A stretch of 64,000 bases of DNA from Octopus vulgaris. Lineage: Eukaryota. Positions 57,298 through 64,000 of the stretch are shown here, piece by piece. The first letter of the stretch is position 1. Each line of letters opens with the position of its first letter. The stretch lies in the NCBI GenBank assembly GCA_951406725.2, contig OX597824.1, positions 9,796,001 to 9,860,000 of the forward strand, given 5' to 3'. A program made the translations under genes and the position numbers. The notes below the pieces were generated by a model, which was given only the letters and a program-made list of their open reading frames with translations, did no database searches and was not told where the DNA came from.

Positions 57298-57925
57298 TAG
57301 ACAAAAGGTAATGGTTTATGTATCCTATATATCGAGTGTGTCACTCATAAAAATGAGTGATATGTTGAGTGACATTTCGATTTCAGTGACGCCAGAGAAG
57401 TAAGGATCTGAAAATGTAAAATACATCTAGTTTACTATAACAGGGTGCGTCAGTTTCTTTGAAGTCATTTGTATGAATTGGTGCAAATAATTTTGGAAAT
57501 CCTTTTATCATACCTATCCAGTGAAACCTCCGTTGGCATCAATGACTGCTTCAACATATATATATATATTTATAATAATAAGGGTTTTTTGCTTAAACCA
57601 CATACCGAAAATTTTAGAAATAGCAGCCAAAAGACTACTATTTCTTTTTGTTCATTTCCTTTATCAACATAATATTCCTCATAAATCTAGAAATGCTAAA
57701 AATAACTTACCTCTTATATTTTCGATCAAGCGACATCGAAAAATATAAAAGCCAACCAGCATATCCACATTTACATAGACAAGTGAATTCGTATTTCCCT
57801 CCAGAATTCTACCACGTGAGTCACAAAATAGTAATGCCGAAAAAATTATTCAAATTTTTACCGAATATGGTCCTTTTCCATACCGAAATACTACTAGGTG
57901 AAATTTGTTGATTTTATTAAATTAA

Positions 57926-58017
<92 letters not shown>

Positions 58018-58019
<2 letters not shown>

Positions 58020-58192
58020 GTTGGACAAAATAATGAACACACCTTAAAATTTCAAGCAAATTTATTTTAGTATTGGGGTAGGACCGCCTTTGGCAGTAAT
58101 TAAAGGTTGAATTCTACGAGGAATGAACTCGTATGAATTTTGAATTGTTTCAAAAGGAATTTGTGTCCATTCTTCAGCTAAAACAGTCTCCG
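58018..58192 (-). mobile_element. Tc1-like transposon 3' end fragment
   Basis: Minus strand reads ETVLAEEWTQIPFETIQNSYEFIPRRIQPLITAKGGPTP, a Tc1 transposase C-terminus, followed by a TIR-like end. Confidence 0.8.
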
Positions 58193-58324
58193 GGTCTTTA
58201 TTGATCCCGGGATGATGAAAGACAAAGTTGATATGATGTGTGTATATGTGTGTGGTGCTAAATATGTCTGATTCCTAGTTTGTACATAACTACAGCGCAA
58301 AGGAAATCTCGCTTTACCATCACA

Positions 58325-58645
58325 AATTAAGCCCTTCTCTCTCTAAGGAGCAATACGCCATCGACGACTTTTCAGCACTGTTCTCAACCCTGGACTCTCT
58401 TTCCCTGAAGGATGACCTTCCACTCTCCAGTTTCCTTAGTTTTGAATTGTCACCTATAGGTTTGTCGGTCCTACGCAAACCCATTTTTACATATGGGAAG
58501 AGGTGGTCCATATTGGTCTGGTGTCAATCCCTTGGCCCTCTCCTGAACAGGAGAACCTACCAGGAGTTTGTATTCCACTGGCATAGCTCCTGGGGCCTTC
58601 GGGACACACAAACCAACATACCGCAACAAGGAGTGGACTTATGAC
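58325..58645 (-). mobile_element. Possible RTE-like LINE 5' fragment
   Basis: GC-richer island; ctggcatagctc...acacacaaacc..cgcaacaagg resembles RTE 5' regions (from memory). Confidence 0.3.
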
Positions 58646-59450
58646 TGTGCATAACAAATAAAAATGATGACGTCATCGCTGTTTCTTCAAAATATGATTC
58701 TTCCATAGATTTTATAAAACACGAATTTGGATTTTTTCTGTTTTTTGTTTGAATTTAAAAATTTAAGCTAAATAGTTAAATTCTCTAAATAGTTTTGTTT
58801 TGATTTCTTTTTCCTATTTTAAGAATAAAAATGGATGAAAGTTTCAAAAATAATTTAAAATCGATAGAAAATATTTTAAAGAAGGAATATTAAGCAAAAA
58901 TATGATTGCATGCAATGTTTTCTTCATAATTTCGTCATTTTCTCACAATGATGTTTTTCAAAAGACAAAGGAAAAACGAAAAAAAAAACTGGTAGTTTAA
59001 ATGAAACAGACGAAAATAATATAATACGTCAGTCGAAATTTAAAACTATGAAGAAAATTCTTGTGAAAAATATGATTGAAATATGATTGAATTATGTTGG
59101 CTGTTTTCTTATGTTCTTCCTTCCTTTCGCTCATTCTTTCGTATAAAAATAAAATGTGTAACTCAGAGGCAAATCGTTATTTACTAATATAGAAATATAG
59201 AAAATATGTATAACCACATTTCTTATAGTGTTGTAATTGTACACTAGCTACAGTTTGTGAGTGCGTATAAATATAGATAGATACATACATACATACATAC
59301 ATACATACATACATACATACATACATACATACATACATACATACATACATACATACATACATAGATAGATAGATAGATCTGCGTATTTATTATTCCTATA
59401 CGCATATAGGCATTAGATAGATATACAATCATATATATATAGTAATTATG

Positions 59451-61080
<1,630 letters not shown>

Positions 61081-61810
61081 AAGCCTAGTACTTATTCTAT
61101 TAGTTTGTTCTTGTGAAACCAGTAAGTTATGTGGGTGTAAATAAATGAACAGCAATTGTGAAGCAGTGATGAGGCCGAAACACAGAGACAAAGACACACA
61201 CATGCACATACATATATACATACATACATAGGACGAGCTTCTTCAAGTTTCCGTCTACCATATCCACTCACAAGGCTTTGGTCGGCTTGAGGTTAAAGTA
61301 GAAAGTACTCGACCAGTGGGGACTGAACCCGGAACTATGTGGTTGAGAAGCAAATACTTTATCACACAGCCACGCCTGTGTGACTAACAGCAACAAAAAA
61401 CTAAAGATTTTTAAAATGAACGCCAGCATCTATAGATTTTCTGGAGCCCCCATAGACTTCAGACTGAATTATGATGTGCGTAAAGTTATTGATAAATGAT
61501 AAACGTAAGCAATTAGCAGCTATCAGTAACAACTTATAAGCTGGGGATTTCAGTGTGAAAGAATCATTCCACAAAAATTGAAATCTATGAAGTAAAATAC
61601 ACTGCAAGTGATGAGAGGATGGGAAAATAAGTTAAATGTATCAATTACAATGAGGACGGCATAAAACAAGTACATTCGGAAAGAGTTCGTAGCAGCTAGT
61701 CTTTCTCAAAATATTTTTACTAAGACTACACACATACATTATATATATATATATAATGTATGTGTGTGCATATATACATATCTATATATGTATGTGTATA
61801 TATATGTATG

Positions 61811-61934
<124 letters not shown>

Positions 61935-62063
61935 CTACCGCAGGCGAAACTCATGGCAGGATTTTCACTGAAAACGCGAAAATCTGGAATAAATACTACA
62001 AGACATCCAACTCGACTTTCTTACAATTCCAACAATCCACCTAACCGTATTAGTCTTTTTTTT

Positions 62064-62360
62064 TTACTGACCCTGAAAGGAACAAAGGCAAAGTTGACCT
62101 CGGTAAGATTTGAACTTGGAACACCGAGGATCGGACCAAATACCTATTTCTTTACTACCCACAAGGGGATAAACACAAAGGAGACAAACAAGGACAGATA
62201 AACGGATTAAGTCGATTACATCGACCCCAGTGCGTAACTGGTACTTATGTAATCGACCCCGAAAGGATGAAAGGCAAAGTCGACCTCGGCGGAATTTGAA
62301 CTCAGAACGTAGCGGCAGACCAAATACCGCGAAGCATTCTATCCGACGCTCTAACACCAG
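62064..62360 (-). mobile_element. Young SINE A nested in an old diverged SINE A
   Basis: Tail aaagaaata followed by ggtatttggtcc...aagttcaaatcttaccgaggtcaactttgcc. Confidence 0.85.
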
Positions 62361-62384
62361 TTCCCCTTTATTTTACCTCTCTCT

Positions 62385-62797
62385 CTTTTTTACTCTTTTA
62401 CTAGTTTCAGTCATTTGACTGCGGCCATGCTGGAGCACCGCATTTAATCGAGCAACTCGACCCCGGGACTTATTCCTTTGTAAGCCCAGTACTTATTCTA
62501 TCGGTCTCTTTTGCCGAACCGCTAAGTGACGGGGACATAAACACACCAGCATCGGTTGTCAAGCAATGCTAGGGGGACAAACACAGACACACAAAAACAC
62601 ACACGCATATATATATATATATATACATATATACGACGGGCTTCTTTCGGTTTCCGTCTACCAAATCCACTCACAAGGCTTTGGTCGGCCCAAGGCTATA
62701 GTAGAAGACACCTGCCCAAGGTGCCACGCAGTGGAACTGAACCTGGAACCATGTGGTTGGTAAACAAGCTACTTACCACACAGCCACTCCTGCGCCT
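62385..62797 (-). mobile_element. SINE family B, full length
   Basis: Matches 56140-56545. Confidence 0.92.
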
Positions 62798-64000
62798 ATT
62801 TATCTATTTATTTATTTATTTATTTATTGAGAAAATGTGAACTGTCTCTATTAGCGTTGTTGAATATAACTTAAATGTCGAATTCTCCATCGAAAGAGAG
62901 TTAGAGGTTGGTATTTACGATAGATACGTAAATGTGACTACGTGTACTGGGGTCTCTCATGAACTATATAACTATATGCGTGTATAGAACGTGAGTGAAG
63001 TGTGTTCGTTAGTGTCACCAGCAATGGTATGTACACGTTAGCGATAACTAATAAGAGAATGCTTTGCATACGAAGCAAAAAAAAAACTAATCGAAGGAAG
63101 TTCGTTGTAGGTATGTCAGTATGTGTTCTATGGAAAGCACCAATATTGCAGGTATAATTTAATGGCAATGAAACACTTTAATATAAAATTCAAGTCTTCA
63201 AAGGAATATTTACATGTACTTAATACATACTTTTTTTTTTATTAAATCGTTTCTTGAAATAACGCTTTCCTTTGAGGGAGGAAAAAAAATAATTTATTCA
63301 ATTAGGTTACAAAAGTAATTCAACATGAATTATAAATTAAAGGAAACGTTTTTGGGGGCGGTGAAGCAGCGAAAGTAAAATTAGATCAGAAAAAAACTCT
63401 CCACAAAAGAATATAAGAAAGCATTTTTTTTTCTAAATCTTTGTAAGTGGTACTTCATAGAATGTGTAGGCATTTTCAAAATTTCTAGCGAGCACGCACG
63501 CGGTATGGTGAATGCAGATACGTCTTTGAATAGTATGGCAAGTTTTAGACCTTGCACAAAAGTAATTTTAATAGTTGATAAATGTACCAGCGGAATACAT
63601 AAAACATTTACTTAAAGGTTCGTTCTTCCTGCACATGATAAAACGGATTTATTTTGTCCACTTCAGGCACTTTTAAACATAAAATAGCATTCAAGACAGC
63701 TGCATTTTACGCTTACGTGAATGCATGTCCACAAACTACCACATGCATGCAAATACTAATTTTTGGAGTACTTGCATTCATACACCTACGTACTTACATA
63801 TAGATGTGTGTCGGTGTGTGTATGTATCTGTCTGTCTGTCAGTCTGTGTGTGTGTATGTATGTATGTATGTATGTATGTATGTATGCATGTATGTATGTA
63901 TGTATGTATGTATGGATGGATGGATGGATGTGTGTATGTATGTGTGCATGCATGTATGTATGTATGTAATGTATGTATGTATGGATGTATGTATGGATGT

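Overview
A repeat-saturated, AT-rich animal intergenic or intronic window. The SINE families and the very high microsatellite load suggest an octopus genome; this is an inference. I found no intact host protein-coding gene, and nearly all listed ORFs are translations of microsatellites or SINEs. Contents: three tRNA-derived SINE families (here called A, B and C; more than 30 copies or fragments), LINE relics (Tx1/L1-like, CR1-like, R4/Dong-like, Rex1/L2-like), two deleted mariners, a Tc1 end, non-autonomous Helitrons and a solo LTR. Five observations stand out. (1) Tx1-like LINE ends are stacked inside (GATA)n, and their 3' tail is shared with SINE family A, which often has GGTA-starting TSDs and nests into itself. 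(2) SINE family B shares its tail with the CR1-like relic. (3) About 13 minimal type I hammerhead ribozyme motifs from about 6 Penelope-like families are present, mostly beside (TA)n and often as fold-back pairs with one motif on each strand. (4) A ~1.1 kb inverted duplication (42143-43240 / 46470-47563) has a ~99% identical core with diverged flanks and promoter/first-exon-like signals. (5) Several template-switch-type palindromes sit at (TA)n tracts. All alignments were done by eye and coordinates of degenerate repeats are approximate.
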